A DNA stretch of 63,385 bases from Acutalibacteraceae bacterium (GTDB lineage: Bacteria > Bacillota > Clostridia > Oscillospirales > Acutalibacteraceae): positions 1 through 63,385 of the forward strand of contig JAZRDY010000205.1 of NCBI GenBank assembly GCA_045660525.1, in the 5' to 3' direction. The notes under the pieces were generated by a model that worked only from the letters and a program-made list of their open reading frames with translations, had not been told where the DNA came from and did not search any database. Positions 9,142 to 18,175 of this stretch are shown here, piece after piece (the first letter of the stretch is position 1; the number at the start of each line of letters is the position of its first letter). Both the position numbers and the translations under genes were made by a program.

Positions 9142-9382
9142 AAGTTAATAATCAAACCGATGAGCAAGAGTAGTAGTATATCATCAGAACTTACAGAGAG
9201 TCGCAGTTGGTGGAAAGCGGCAGGGATGAGATTTATGAATGGACTTGTGAGGGCGGCCCGAAAATTCAGTAGGCGCCGACGGAAACTCTAACCGTTATGA
9301 TGAGAGCGCATGTTGGTGCGTGAAACCCATTAAGGTGGCTGCAGTTTATCCTGTTCCTTTATGGAGCAGGTTTTATTGTTTT
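9142..9382 (+). promoter_or_regulatory. T-box riboswitch leader, tryptophan-specific (UGG specifier)
   Basis: A GA motif (GATGAG) and an AGAGA bulge with a GGTGGAAAG distal region are present. The specifier context is GAA-TGG-A, with TGG at 9240-9242. A T-box-like AAGGTGGC (UGGC bulge) lies at about 9331-9340. A terminator follows: CCTGTTCC at 9350-9357 pairs with GGAGCAGG at 9363-9370, then a T-run. Confidence 0.75.
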
Positions 9383-9445
9383 ATAACAAATTTCCCGAAC
9401 GCAAAGCGTGAAAGGGTTCTTATTTTCAGAAAGAAGGACAGACAA

Positions 9446-10690
9446 ATGAACAATTACAGAGACTTCGACAACTATTTGAAAGAATTCCCTACAAAAGACG
9501 GCTATTTTGGTGAGTTCGGCGGTGCTTTTTTACCTCCCGAATTAGAGCCTGCATTTAAAGAGGCAGACGATGCTTATGAAGCAATCTGCCATTCAGCTCA
9601 GTTTATAAACGAGCTTCGCAGAATCAGAAAAGAGTTTCAGGGCAGACCGACTCCAGTTTATCATTGCGAAAGACTTTCAAAGCTTTTCGGTAACTGTCAG
9701 ATTTATTTAAAGAGAGAAGATCTTAACCATACAGGTGCTCATAAGCTTAATCACTGTATGGGTGAGGGCTTGCTTGCGAAATATATGGGCAAGAAAAAGC
9801 TTATTGCCGAAACAGGTGCAGGTCAGCACGGTGTTGCTATTGCGACTGCCGCTGCGTATTTCGGACTTGAGTGTGACGTATATATGGGTGAGGTTGATAT
9901 TGCAAAACAGCATCCAAATGTTATTCGTATGAAGATGCTCGGCGCAAATGTTGTGCCCGTAACACACGGTCTTAAGACTCTTAAAGAGGCAGTTGATGCC
10001 GCATTTGATGCATATCTTAAAGAATATGACCACGCAATTTATTGTATCGGCTCAGCTCTCGGCCCCCATCCCTTCCCGAAGATGGTAAGAGACTTCCAGT
10101 CAGTTATCGGTATCGAAGCTAAAGAACAGTTCCTTGAGATGACAGGTATTATGCCTGATGCTGTATGCGCTTGTGTGGGTGGCGGCTCAAACTCACTTGG
10201 TATGTTCACACCGTTCCTTTCATCACCCGTTGATATCTACGGTATTGAGCCTTTGGGCAGAGGTGAAAAAATCGGTGACCACGCAGCAACAATGAAGTTC
10301 GGCACCAAGGGTAAGCTCCACGGCTTTGAAAGCTATTTGCTTCAGGATGAAAACGGCGAGCCACTTCCTGTTTATTCAATCGCAAGCGGTCTCGACTATC
10401 CCGGTGTAGGCCCCGAACACGCATATCTCAGAGATACCGGCAGAGTCAACTATGAAACTGTATCTGACGAAGAAGCAATGGAAGCGTTCTTCCTGCTTTG
10501 CAGATATGAGGGTATTATTCCTGCTATCGAAAGTGCTCACGCTGTAGCGTACGCAATCAGATATGCAAAAGAGCATCAGAGCGGTTCAATTCTTGCTTGT
10601 CTTTCAGGCCGCGGTGATAAGGATATCGACTATGTATATGAAAACTATGGTTGCGGTGAACAGTTCAAGCTCGATTATGATGTTAAATAA
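9446..10690 (+). CDS. trpB: Tryptophan synthase beta subunit (stand-alone)
   Basis: Matches include [29 protein letters not shown] (PLP lysine) and [10 protein letters not shown]. The ATG at 9446 follows the T-box, and the track's 9320 start would overlap the leader. Confidence 0.9.
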   Translation: MNNYRDFDNYLKEFPTKDGYFGEFGGAFLPPELEPAFKEADDAYEAICHSAQFINELRRIRKEFQGRPTPVYHCERLSKLFGNCQIYLKREDLNHTGAHKLNHCMGEGLLAKYMGKKKLIAETGAGQHGVAIATAAAYFGLECDVYMGEVDIAKQHPNVIRMKMLGANVVPVTHGLKTLKEAVDAAFDAYLKEYDHAIYCIGSALGPHPFPKMVRDFQSVIGIEAKEQFLEMTGIMPDAVCACVGGGSNSLGMFTPFLSSPVDIYGIEPLGRGEKIGDHAATMKFGTKGKLHGFESYLLQDENGEPLPVYSIASGLDYPGVGPEHAYLRDTGRVNYETVSDEEAMEAFFLLCRYEGIIPAIESAHAVAYAIRYAKEHQSGSILACLSGRGDKDIDYVYENYGCGEQFKLDYDVK

Positions 10691-10927
10691 TTGCTGATAT
10701 TTTCAACATTTTGCACAGCTTTTCCTCAAAGTTTTTAACACAGGAAAGGCTGTGTGTTCTTTTTGTGAAGTGTAAATTTACAGTTTGTTTTTAAGTTTTA
10801 AAATTTTCTGTGATTTAACTGTTTTATTGATTAATAATAATTTCAATCTATTGACTTATGAAATATAAAATGGTATATTTTATCTGTCCGAAAAAATAAA
10901 ATTTGTATAAACGGAGGTAAATAAGAT

Positions 10928-12679
10928 ATGAAAAAGAATTTCAAAAAGACATTATCACTCATTCTTGCAGTGCTTATGGTTATGACTGCCGTACCTTTCA
11001 GCGGTCTTGCAACTGAAGCTGAGTGGGATTGTGCAGTCGATGGTCATAAGTATGATGGCGACTTTTTTGACAGAGTATACGGTAAACATGCATATTGGTG
11101 CTCTGAGTGTAACTTAGCATATGGTTATGTAGATGAAAACAATGCTAATGTTGATAATGCTTTACAAGAATGCGATGGTGGTGAAGCTGATTGTGACAGC
11201 AAGGCTGTTTGCGATGTTTGCAACAGAGAATACGGCGATACACCTGATCACGTGTTTGATCGTGAAGTTAAGAATGCAGATTACATAAAGACTGCAGGTA
11301 ACTGCAAAACAGCAACTGTATATTTTATGAGCTGTAAGTGCGGTGAAAAGCCGGCTGAAGCAGATCAGGCAACAGCTGCAACATTTACTTTCTTAGATGA
11401 AAATGCACACGTTTGGGGCGAGTATGCATCAAACGGTGATGCTGAATGTGAAAAAGATGGCACAAAGAGCCGTACTTGTCAGGTTGCAAATTGTGGAGTA
11501 GTAGACGTAAGCGTTCCTGATGTAGGTTCCGCTCTTGATCACGACTTTACAGAAAAAACAGAAAATCCTGATTATCTTGCTGCTCCTGCTACTTGCACAA
11601 CACCTGCAAAATATTATTTCAGATGTAGCGAATGCGGTGAAAGCGCTGAGATTTTAGAAAACAAAGACGAATATGTTTATGAAAGTGAAGCCGGTCCTGT
11701 TGACCACCACTTTGTAGAGCGTGAAGGCGGTCCTTTATCATCAGCTGAAGTTAAAACAGCACGCACTTGTACAGCTCAGGCTGTTTGCTATAAGGTTTGC
11801 GATATGTGTGATAAAACTTCATATGATTTAGGTAAACCGGAAAAGGTATATTCATACGGTGAATTAGCTCCTCACGTATACGGCGAGAACACAGCAACTA
11901 ACACAAAAGTTCTTCGTGAAGCTGATTGTATTCAGGATGCAATCTATTCAATGTGCTGTAATGTTTGCGGTGCAGCTGAGGTAGTAATTCCTGATGGCCA
12001 GACAATTGCTGATATCGATGGTCTTCTTATTAAAGGATTAGATCAGGAAACAGCTGATAAGAAGTTCAACGCATTTGTAAAAGTTGGTTCAGCTCTCGGT
12101 CATAACCCTGACAAGACAGCTGCAAATGCAACTGAATATAAAGCAGCAACATGTACAGCAGACGGTCATTACGGTAAATGCTATTGCTCACGTTGCGGTT
12201 TAGAATATCGTATCGACAGCGAGGGTGATTTAGAGCTTGCTCCTGCAAATTTTGAATATAAGATCAAAGCTACCGGTCATACATATCCCGCAACACCTGA
12301 TACTCCTTATAAGCATGCTACTTGCACAGAAAACGGTGATTACGGTAAGGCTAAATGTTTAGCAAAGGATTGTGGTTATACAGCTGATCTCGGTTCAGAT
12401 AATAAGCCTCTGACAGCTGATAATGCAATCAATGAGGCTAAGAAACTCCACAAGCTTGGTCATAAATATGAAAACGGCAGCGAAGTTTGTAGCAGAATGA
12501 TTGTTAACGAAAAAGGTGAGCTTGAACGTTGCGCTGAAATCAAAGACGAGCAGAGAGACTGCACTTGTATTGCTTGTAACGGTCAAGGCATTATGTTTTT
12601 ACTCGGTGCACTTCTCAACTGGATTTGGAAGCTTATGAACAAAAACCAGTATTGCGACTGCGGCAGACAGCACTGGTAA
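10928..12679 (+). CDS. Secreted Cys-rich repeat protein with a C-terminal hydrophobic anchor
   Basis: It has a signal peptide. At least six degenerate units of about 50-60 aa follow the pattern H-x(10-20)-C-x(8-10)-C-x2-C (examples: DHVFDREV...CKTATVYFMSCKCGEKP; DHDFTEKT...CTTPAKYYFRCSECGESA). A GGAGG SD lies upstream. Confidence 0.7.
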   Translation: MKKNFKKTLSLILAVLMVMTAVPFSGLATEAEWDCAVDGHKYDGDFFDRVYGKHAYWCSECNLAYGYVDENNANVDNALQECDGGEADCDSKAVCDVCNREYGDTPDHVFDREVKNADYIKTAGNCKTATVYFMSCKCGEKPAEADQATAATFTFLDENAHVWGEYASNGDAECEKDGTKSRTCQVANCGVVDVSVPDVGSALDHDFTEKTENPDYLAAPATCTTPAKYYFRCSECGESAEILENKDEYVYESEAGPVDHHFVEREGGPLSSAEVKTARTCTAQAVCYKVCDMCDKTSYDLGKPEKVYSYGELAPHVYGENTATNTKVLREADCIQDAIYSMCCNVCGAAEVVIPDGQTIADIDGLLIKGLDQETADKKFNAFVKVGSALGHNPDKTAANATEYKAATCTADGHYGKCYCSRCGLEYRIDSEGDLELAPANFEYKIKATGHTYPATPDTPYKHATCTENGDYGKAKCLAKDCGYTADLGSDNKPLTADNAINEAKKLHKLGHKYENGSEVCSRMIVNEKGELERCAEIKDEQRDCTCIACNGQGIMFLLGALLNWIWKLMNKNQYCDCGRQHW

Positions 12680-12695
12680 TCAATAATATTAAAAT

Positions 12696-12728
12696 CAAAA
12701 AGCTACTGCATCAAGCAGTAGCTTTTTT
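12696..12728. terminator. Bidirectional intrinsic terminator
   Basis: AAAAAGCTACTGC, loop ATCA, AGCAGTAGCTTTTT. Confidence 0.8.
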
Positions 12729-12729
12729 G

Positions 12730-13926
12730 TTATCTGAGAATATTTTCGTCGATGTTTTCAATGAAAAGTTTTTGTGCAATAGGCTTGTAGTGCAGAAAGT
12801 CAATTGCATATTCTTCTTTCATTGTGTCGGGATTATTTTCGTCGAGCATAAAGTCGGTGTTTATAATTGCATCGGCGTTGCAGGATTTAATCCAATCATT
12901 TACTTCGTCAACGATATCCTGAGCCTCTTGGGTCCAGGTGAAGTCTCTAATTCCCGGTAAGAGTTTGCCGAAGCCTTTGAAGGGTGTAAGGGTGGAGACG
13001 TAGATTTTAATATCGTTGGCGTGAGCCATATCAATCACTTTCTGAAGTCCGTTGATAATATCGTTGGCAGTTGTCATTTCTCCGCCGACAGTCAGGGAGC
13101 GGGGGTGAAGCATATCGTTGATGCCCTCTTTGAAAATAATCTTCTTTACACCGGGGCAGGCGAGTATATCTTTGCCGAATCGGTTGAGCATACTCTCACC
13201 GTAAATATTAGCGAGAAGACCGTGTCCGTCTTCGAGGATGCGGTTGCCGTTGAGTGCCTGTTGCAAAACAGCAACGTTAGTGATACCCATTTTCTGAAGT
13301 CTCTCAGCAAGGTAATAAGGCTTCTCATTTGTCATAGTTGAATCACCTGCGACAACAATGGCGTAGCAATCCTCATCAGCGAGAACATCCACTCGTGTAA
13401 TAAAGGGTGCGGTCTGCAATGTTGCGAAATCTGTCTTGAAAAACAGATGCCACCAGGATGTGTACTTTTCTTTATGGGTGCAGTTGCCTGGGCTGAGATA
13501 AGTGTCACCGCCATAAAGACTTTTGGTACGCATAACGGCACGTTTGACATAAAAGCTCACTGCAATTTTTTTCAGAGCTTCAACTTTGAAGTCGAGAACA
13601 TCGGAAAGTATTTCTTCACCGGGAGCGAGTGTCAGCTCTTTTTTGCCTTTGAAGGTAACATTGACGGGCTTGTCGGTATCAGCTTTGCCGCCGACAAAAT
13701 TTGCCACTGTAGTTTCGGTGATATGAAGCGACTTCTTGTTATATCTGTTTGATATGTTTATGCGTATTTTGTCACCGCTGAGAGTGGGACAGATAACGCT
13801 TCGTGCAGTGGAATAAAAAAGACCGTTATTAAGGTGTATCAGCGGCGGTATGTGAATACCGGCAGATGCAGCACTTGAACTCCACGTGCCGACCCATTTT
13901 GTTTTTGGCGTGTTGTTTTCTTTCAT
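12730..13926 (-). CDS. SGNH/GDSL hydrolase family protein with an N-terminal beta-rich domain
   Basis: VVAGDSTMTN (the GDS block) and a C-terminal DFLHY-type block are present. I prefer the ATG at 13926 with a GGTGA SD. The track's TTG at 13959 remains an alternative. Confidence 0.7.
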   Translation of the reverse strand: MKENNTPKTKWVGTWSSSAASAGIHIPPLIHLNNGLFYSTARSVICPTLSGDKIRINISNRYNKKSLHITETTVANFVGGKADTDKPVNVTFKGKKELTLAPGEEILSDVLDFKVEALKKIAVSFYVKRAVMRTKSLYGGDTYLSPGNCTHKEKYTSWWHLFFKTDFATLQTAPFITRVDVLADEDCYAIVVAGDSTMTNEKPYYLAERLQKMGITNVAVLQQALNGNRILEDGHGLLANIYGESMLNRFGKDILACPGVKKIIFKEGINDMLHPRSLTVGGEMTTANDIINGLQKVIDMAHANDIKIYVSTLTPFKGFGKLLPGIRDFTWTQEAQDIVDEVNDWIKSCNADAIINTDFMLDENNPDTMKEEYAIDFLHYKPIAQKLFIENIDENILR

Positions 13927-14057
13927 AAATTCACCAGCTTTACCGAGTTTATAAATCAATTTTATACCAATAAGAGCGCGTTGTCAATAACTGCAAATGA
14001 CAATATAACGGCGGAATATAAATTGTAAATTTTTTTAATAAATTTTAATAAAATTGC

Positions 14058-14086
14058 TTGAAACCGCCGATTGTTGATGATATAAT
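14058..14086 (+). promoter_or_regulatory. Sigma-A-type promoter
   Basis: TTGAAA, a 17-nt spacer, then TATAAT. Confidence 0.6.
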
Positions 14087-14137
14087 AGAACGCGTATCAA
14101 GTTGACAGAGCGATAGCAAATGACGGAGGAAATAAAA

Positions 14138-14497
14138 ATGCTCATTACATCATTAAGAGTCAGAAAGATTGAAAATCCAACTAACAGACTTGTGGCAAAG
14201 TGTACCATTACTTTTGACGGTATGTTTGCTGTTAGCGACATAAAGGTGCTTTTAAAAGAAGACGGAGAATTGTATATGGGTATGCCCAGCAGAAAGACTG
14301 CTGCGGGTACTTTTAAAGACGAAGCTTATCCTGTAAACAGCGAAGTCAGGGCATCAATTGAAAAGATTGTTTTCGGTGCTGTGAAATACAGTGTTGACAA
14401 TGATGTAGCTTTGCTCAACGGTGAAATTAAAGAGGGTACAAATAAGATTTCTCTTTTACAGCAGGATATCAGCGACTATGAATTAACAAGCTTATAA
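14138..14497 (+). CDS. spoVG: SpoVG family protein
   Basis: MLITSLRVRKIENPTNRLVAKCTITFDGMFAVSDIKV...MPSRKT...FKDEAYPVNSEVR matches the SpoVG fold pattern. A GGAGG SD lies 9 nt upstream of the ATG at 14138. Confidence 0.8.
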   Translation: MLITSLRVRKIENPTNRLVAKCTITFDGMFAVSDIKVLLKEDGELYMGMPSRKTAAGTFKDEAYPVNSEVRASIEKIVFGAVKYSVDNDVALLNGEIKEGTNKISLLQQDISDYELTSL

Positions 14498-14537
14498 AAC
14501 AAGGACTACTGTATTGTGCAGTAGTCCTTGTTTTTAT
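14497..14537 (+). terminator. Intrinsic terminator
   Basis: ACAAGGACTACTG pairs with CAGTAGTCCTTGT, followed by a T-run. Confidence 0.8.
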
Positions 14538-14690
14538 GGATTTATATTATAAATTGTTTTATTATGGGGAAAATATAAGTTGGCGAATATTTACAAATAA
14601 TATTGTCAAAAACTATTGCCTTTGAAGGAAAAAATTGTTATTATGTCATTGAATCAAAAAAATTCAATTTCATTATCAGAGAGGTTTCAT

Positions 14691-16439
14691 ATGGATATTT
14701 TTGATGTATTATCCCTTGTGGGTGGTCTTGCATTATTCCTTTTCGGTATGCAGACTATGGGTAACTCACTTGAAAAAAAAGCAGGCGGTCAACTTAAAAG
14801 CGTGTTGACAAAAATGACAAACAATCCCGTAAAAGGCTTTTTACTGGGTCTTATTGTTACATCTATCATTCAGTCTTCTTCGGCGACGACTGTAATGGTT
14901 GTCGGTTTTGTCAACTCAGGTATTATGACTCTGCATCAGTCAATCGGCATCATTATGGGTGCCAATGTCGGTACTACAATCACTGCGTGGATTCTTTCAC
15001 TTATGGCGGTTGACGGCGCAGGAATAATGGCATTTTTCAAGCCGTCTTCATTTGTTCCCGTATTAGCGATAATCGGTGTTGCATTTCTTATGTTTTCCAA
15101 AAAGCAAAAGAAGAAAGATACAGCTACTATTCTTTTAGGTTTTGCGACACTTATGACCGGTATGTCAGCTATGTCCGATGCAGTTGCGGGTCTTAAAGAA
15201 GTGCCTGAATTTACAAGTATACTCACACTTTTCTCTAATCCTGTTCTCGGTGTTTTGGCAGGTGCTGTTCTCACGGCAATTATTCAGTCATCATCTGCTT
15301 CAGTTGGTATTCTGCAGGCAATCTCCACAACAGGTGCAGTTACTTTCGGTACTGCAATTCCGGTAATTATGGGTATGGGTATAGGTACCTGTATTACAGC
15401 TGTGCTTGCATCAATCGGCGCAAATAAAAATGCAAAGCGCGCTACATTGGTTCATTTGTATTTCAATGTTATCGGCACTCCTGTGGCTTTGGCACTTTTC
15501 TACGGCGCAAACACATTGTTCCAGTTTGATTTCTTCAACGATGCAGTGGGAGAAGTTGAAATTGCGATTATTAATACAGTGTTTAAGCTTTTCTGCACAA
15601 TTTTCTGGTTCCCGCTTATAAAGGTGCTCGAAAAACTTGCGACAATTTCAGTCAGAGAAACAGAAGAAAAAGAGAAATATGAAATCCTTGACGAAAGACT
15701 TTTCGCTACACCGGCTGTTGCTGTTGAGCGCTGCAAGGATGTAACTCAGACAATGGCAGAGATTTCTGTTGAAGCTATAGAAAAGTCACTTCAGATGCTT
15801 TCAGAATATAATGCTCAGGTTGGCGAAGAAATTATCAAAGCAGAGAAGAAAGCCGATAAATATGAAGATAAACTCGGCTCGTATCTTGTCAAGGTTTCAG
15901 CTCTTGAGCTTTCAGACGAAGACGGTGCAGAGACCACCAAGCTTCTTCACATTATCAGTGACTTTGAAAGAATATCAGACCATGCGGTTAATGTTCTTAA
16001 ATCTGTAGAAGAAATAGCAGAAAAGAAGCTGGCATTCTCAGAAAAGGCACAGTCTGAGCTTGCTGCTCTGACCGGTGCCGTAAGTGAAATTGTTGAGCTT
16101 GCATATAAGAGCTTTGCTGAAAATGATTTTGAAGCAGCAACTAAGGTCGAACCGCTCGAGCAGGTTGTTGACGATCTTAAAGATAAAATCAAGCTCAAGC
16201 ATATCCGCAGACTTCAGGAAGGCAGATGTACTATTGAGCTCGGTTTCGTACTCAATGATATTCTCACCGACCTTGAAAGAGTATCTGACCACTGTTCGAA
16301 TATTGCGGGCCTTGTAATTGAGATGGCTCACAGTGAAATGGATCTTCACAAATACCTCAAAAAGGTCAAGAGTGCTCCTGATAGTGAGTTCACCTCACTT
16401 TATGACGGTTACAGCAAGAAATATAACATTAATTTCTGA
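14691..16439 (+). CDS. Na/Pi cotransporter family protein with C-terminal PhoU-like repeats
   Basis: The N-terminus LVGGLALFLFGMQTMG and the duplicated QSSSA(T/S) motifs are present, and two PhoU-like helices carry ERISDH and ERVSDH. The ATG at 14691 has an AGAGAGG SD. Confidence 0.85.
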   Translation: MDIFDVLSLVGGLALFLFGMQTMGNSLEKKAGGQLKSVLTKMTNNPVKGFLLGLIVTSIIQSSSATTVMVVGFVNSGIMTLHQSIGIIMGANVGTTITAWILSLMAVDGAGIMAFFKPSSFVPVLAIIGVAFLMFSKKQKKKDTATILLGFATLMTGMSAMSDAVAGLKEVPEFTSILTLFSNPVLGVLAGAVLTAIIQSSSASVGILQAISTTGAVTFGTAIPVIMGMGIGTCITAVLASIGANKNAKRATLVHLYFNVIGTPVALALFYGANTLFQFDFFNDAVGEVEIAIINTVFKLFCTIFWFPLIKVLEKLATISVRETEEKEKYEILDERLFATPAVAVERCKDVTQTMAEISVEAIEKSLQMLSEYNAQVGEEIIKAEKKADKYEDKLGSYLVKVSALELSDEDGAETTKLLHIISDFERISDHAVNVLKSVEEIAEKKLAFSEKAQSELAALTGAVSEIVELAYKSFAENDFEAATKVEPLEQVVDDLKDKIKLKHIRRLQEGRCTIELGFVLNDILTDLERVSDHCSNIAGLVIEMAHSEMDLHKYLKKVKSAPDSEFTSLYDGYSKKYNINF

Positions 16440-16485
16440 TTTGTATTGTGAAAAAGTAAATTTTATTATGCATCAGTTACGAATG

Positions 16486-16514
16486 TTGACATTTAAATAA
16501 AATTTTGTTATCAT
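16486..16514 (+). promoter_or_regulatory. Sigma-A-type promoter for the small peptide gene
   Basis: TTGACA, a 17-nt spacer, then TATCAT. Confidence 0.6.
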
Positions 16515-16544
16515 ATAAATATATTAATAAAAGGAGGTTCCATC

Positions 16545-16655
16545 ATGGATATCGCTAAGGAAGTACTTGCTAAGATCGAAGAAATCGTTAAGCTTATCAT
16601 CGATTTCATTAAGGGTCTTATCCCTGAGACAGCTCCCGAACAGGACGCTGAATAA
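16545..16655 (+). CDS. 36-aa amphipathic peptide (absent from the ORF track)
   Basis: AAGGAGG lies 7 nt upstream of the ATG. The product is MDIAKEVLAKIEEIVKLIIDFIKGLIPETAPEQDAE. The gene has its own promoter and a strong terminator. Confidence 0.65.
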   Translation: MDIAKEVLAKIEEIVKLIIDFIKGLIPETAPEQDAE

Positions 16656-16663
16656 TTAAACGA

Positions 16664-16697
16664 AAAAAAGCAGAACCAAAACGGTTCTGCTTTTTTA
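16664..16697 (+). terminator. Intrinsic terminator
   Basis: AAAAAGCAGAACC, loop AAAA, CGGTTCTGCTTTTTT. Confidence 0.85.
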
Positions 16698-16741
16698 TCG
16701 CTATAACAAAATTATGTGCTAAGACGGTGCGAATAAATTAC

Positions 16742-16770
16742 TTGATAGTTATGACGAGATGTGGTACAAT
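16742..16770 (+). promoter_or_regulatory. Sigma-A-type promoter of trkAH
   Basis: TTGATA, a 17-nt spacer, then TACAAT, preceded by TGg. Confidence 0.6.
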
Positions 16771-16806
16771 ATAAAAAAATCCTAATGATTTTTCAGGAGA
16801 ACTAAT

Positions 16807-18171
16807 ATGAATATTATAATATCAGGTGTCGGTAAAATCGGTCTTGCTGTAATATCAACCTTGGTTAAAGAGGGGCACGATGTTACGGTTATTGATAAAG
16901 ATCCGGATATAATAACAGATGTAACAAATATATACGATGTTATGGGCGTATGCGGAAACTGTGCTGACTGTGAGGTTTTGCAGGAAGCCGGGGCAGAAAA
17001 AGCAGAGCTTTTCGTTGCTTTTACAGGTTCGGATGAAATGAATATGCTTTCTTGTTTTCTTGCTAAAAAGATGGGTGCGAAGCACACTGTGGCAAGAATA
17101 AGAAATCCGGAATATAACGATCGTTCTCTGGGTTTTATGCGTCAGCAACTTGATTTGTCAATGTCGGTTAATCCCGAGCTTCTTGTGGCTCAGGAGCTTT
17201 ATAATATATTAAAAATCCCCTCGGCTTTTAAGGTGGAATATTTTGCCAAGAGAAGCATGGAAATAATAGAAATGAAGCTTAAGGCAGATTCGCCTTTATG
17301 CGGAAAGAAGCTCAGCAAGCTTCGTGAAAAGCAGAACGTGGAATTTCTCATCGGTGCTGTTCTCAGAAACGGCGAGGTTATAATTCCCGACGGTAGCTTT
17401 GAGCTTGCAGCAGGGGATATCGTGTCAATAGCAGCTACTCCCGGTGATATGCAAAAGCTTCTCAAGGGTCTCGGCATTATTACCAAGCAGGCGAGAAGTG
17501 TAATGATTCTCGGCGGAAGCAAAACTGCCTATTATCTTTCAAAGATGCTGTTATCTTCGGGCAATGAAGTTAAAATTATTGAAAAGAACACAGGGCGCTG
17601 TGAAGAACTTTCAGATATTATTCCCAAGGCTGTTATGATCAACGGTGACGGCTCACAGCAGGAGCTTCTGCTTGAAGAGGGCCTTCGCTCATTGGATGCT
17701 TTTGTGGCTCTTACGGGTATGGATGAAGAAAATATACTCATATCCATTTTTGCCTCAAATCAGAATGTGCCTAAGGTTATATCTAAGGTCAATCGTGACG
17801 AAATGGTGAAAATGGCTGAGCAATTGGGCCTTGAGTGCATCGTTTCAACTAAGTCAATCACTTCGGATATTATTCTCAGATATACCCGAGCTCTAGAAAA
17901 CTCTATTGATAACAGCAGCATAGAATCTCTTTATAAAATTATGGACGGCAAGGTAGAAGCTCTTGAGTTTAAGGTTCACGACGGCTCAGATCTTTTCGGC
18001 AAACCCATCAAAGAACTGAAAATCAAATCAGGTGTGCTTATTGCCGCTATTACAAGAGCAAACAGAAAAACTATTATCCCCTCAGGTGATGACTGCATTA
18101 TGCAAGGAGACAGAGTTATTATACTTTCTGCCCGTTCACGTATCACTCAGCTTTCGGATATTTTGAGGTAA
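16807..18171 (+). CDS. trkA: Trk potassium uptake protein TrkA (two RCK modules)
   Basis: GVGKIG and GGSKTA Rossmann motifs show a duplicated RCK_N/RCK_C architecture. It lies adjacent to trkH. Confidence 0.9.
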   Translation: MNIIISGVGKIGLAVISTLVKEGHDVTVIDKDPDIITDVTNIYDVMGVCGNCADCEVLQEAGAEKAELFVAFTGSDEMNMLSCFLAKKMGAKHTVARIRNPEYNDRSLGFMRQQLDLSMSVNPELLVAQELYNILKIPSAFKVEYFAKRSMEIIEMKLKADSPLCGKKLSKLREKQNVEFLIGAVLRNGEVIIPDGSFELAAGDIVSIAATPGDMQKLLKGLGIITKQARSVMILGGSKTAYYLSKMLLSSGNEVKIIEKNTGRCEELSDIIPKAVMINGDGSQQELLLEEGLRSLDAFVALTGMDEENILISIFASNQNVPKVISKVNRDEMVKMAEQLGLECIVSTKSITSDIILRYTRALENSIDNSSIESLYKIMDGKVEALEFKVHDGSDLFGKPIKELKIKSGVLIAAITRANRKTIIPSGDDCIMQGDRVIILSARSRITQLSDILR

Positions 18172-18175
18172 GCTT

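Noticed and set aside
9320-9445. The N-terminal extension of trpB in the ORF track (GTG start at 9320).
   Set aside because: It would translate through the T-box terminator and antiterminator. The ATG at 9446 gives the canonical TrpB N-terminus and has an SD-like AAGGA upstream.
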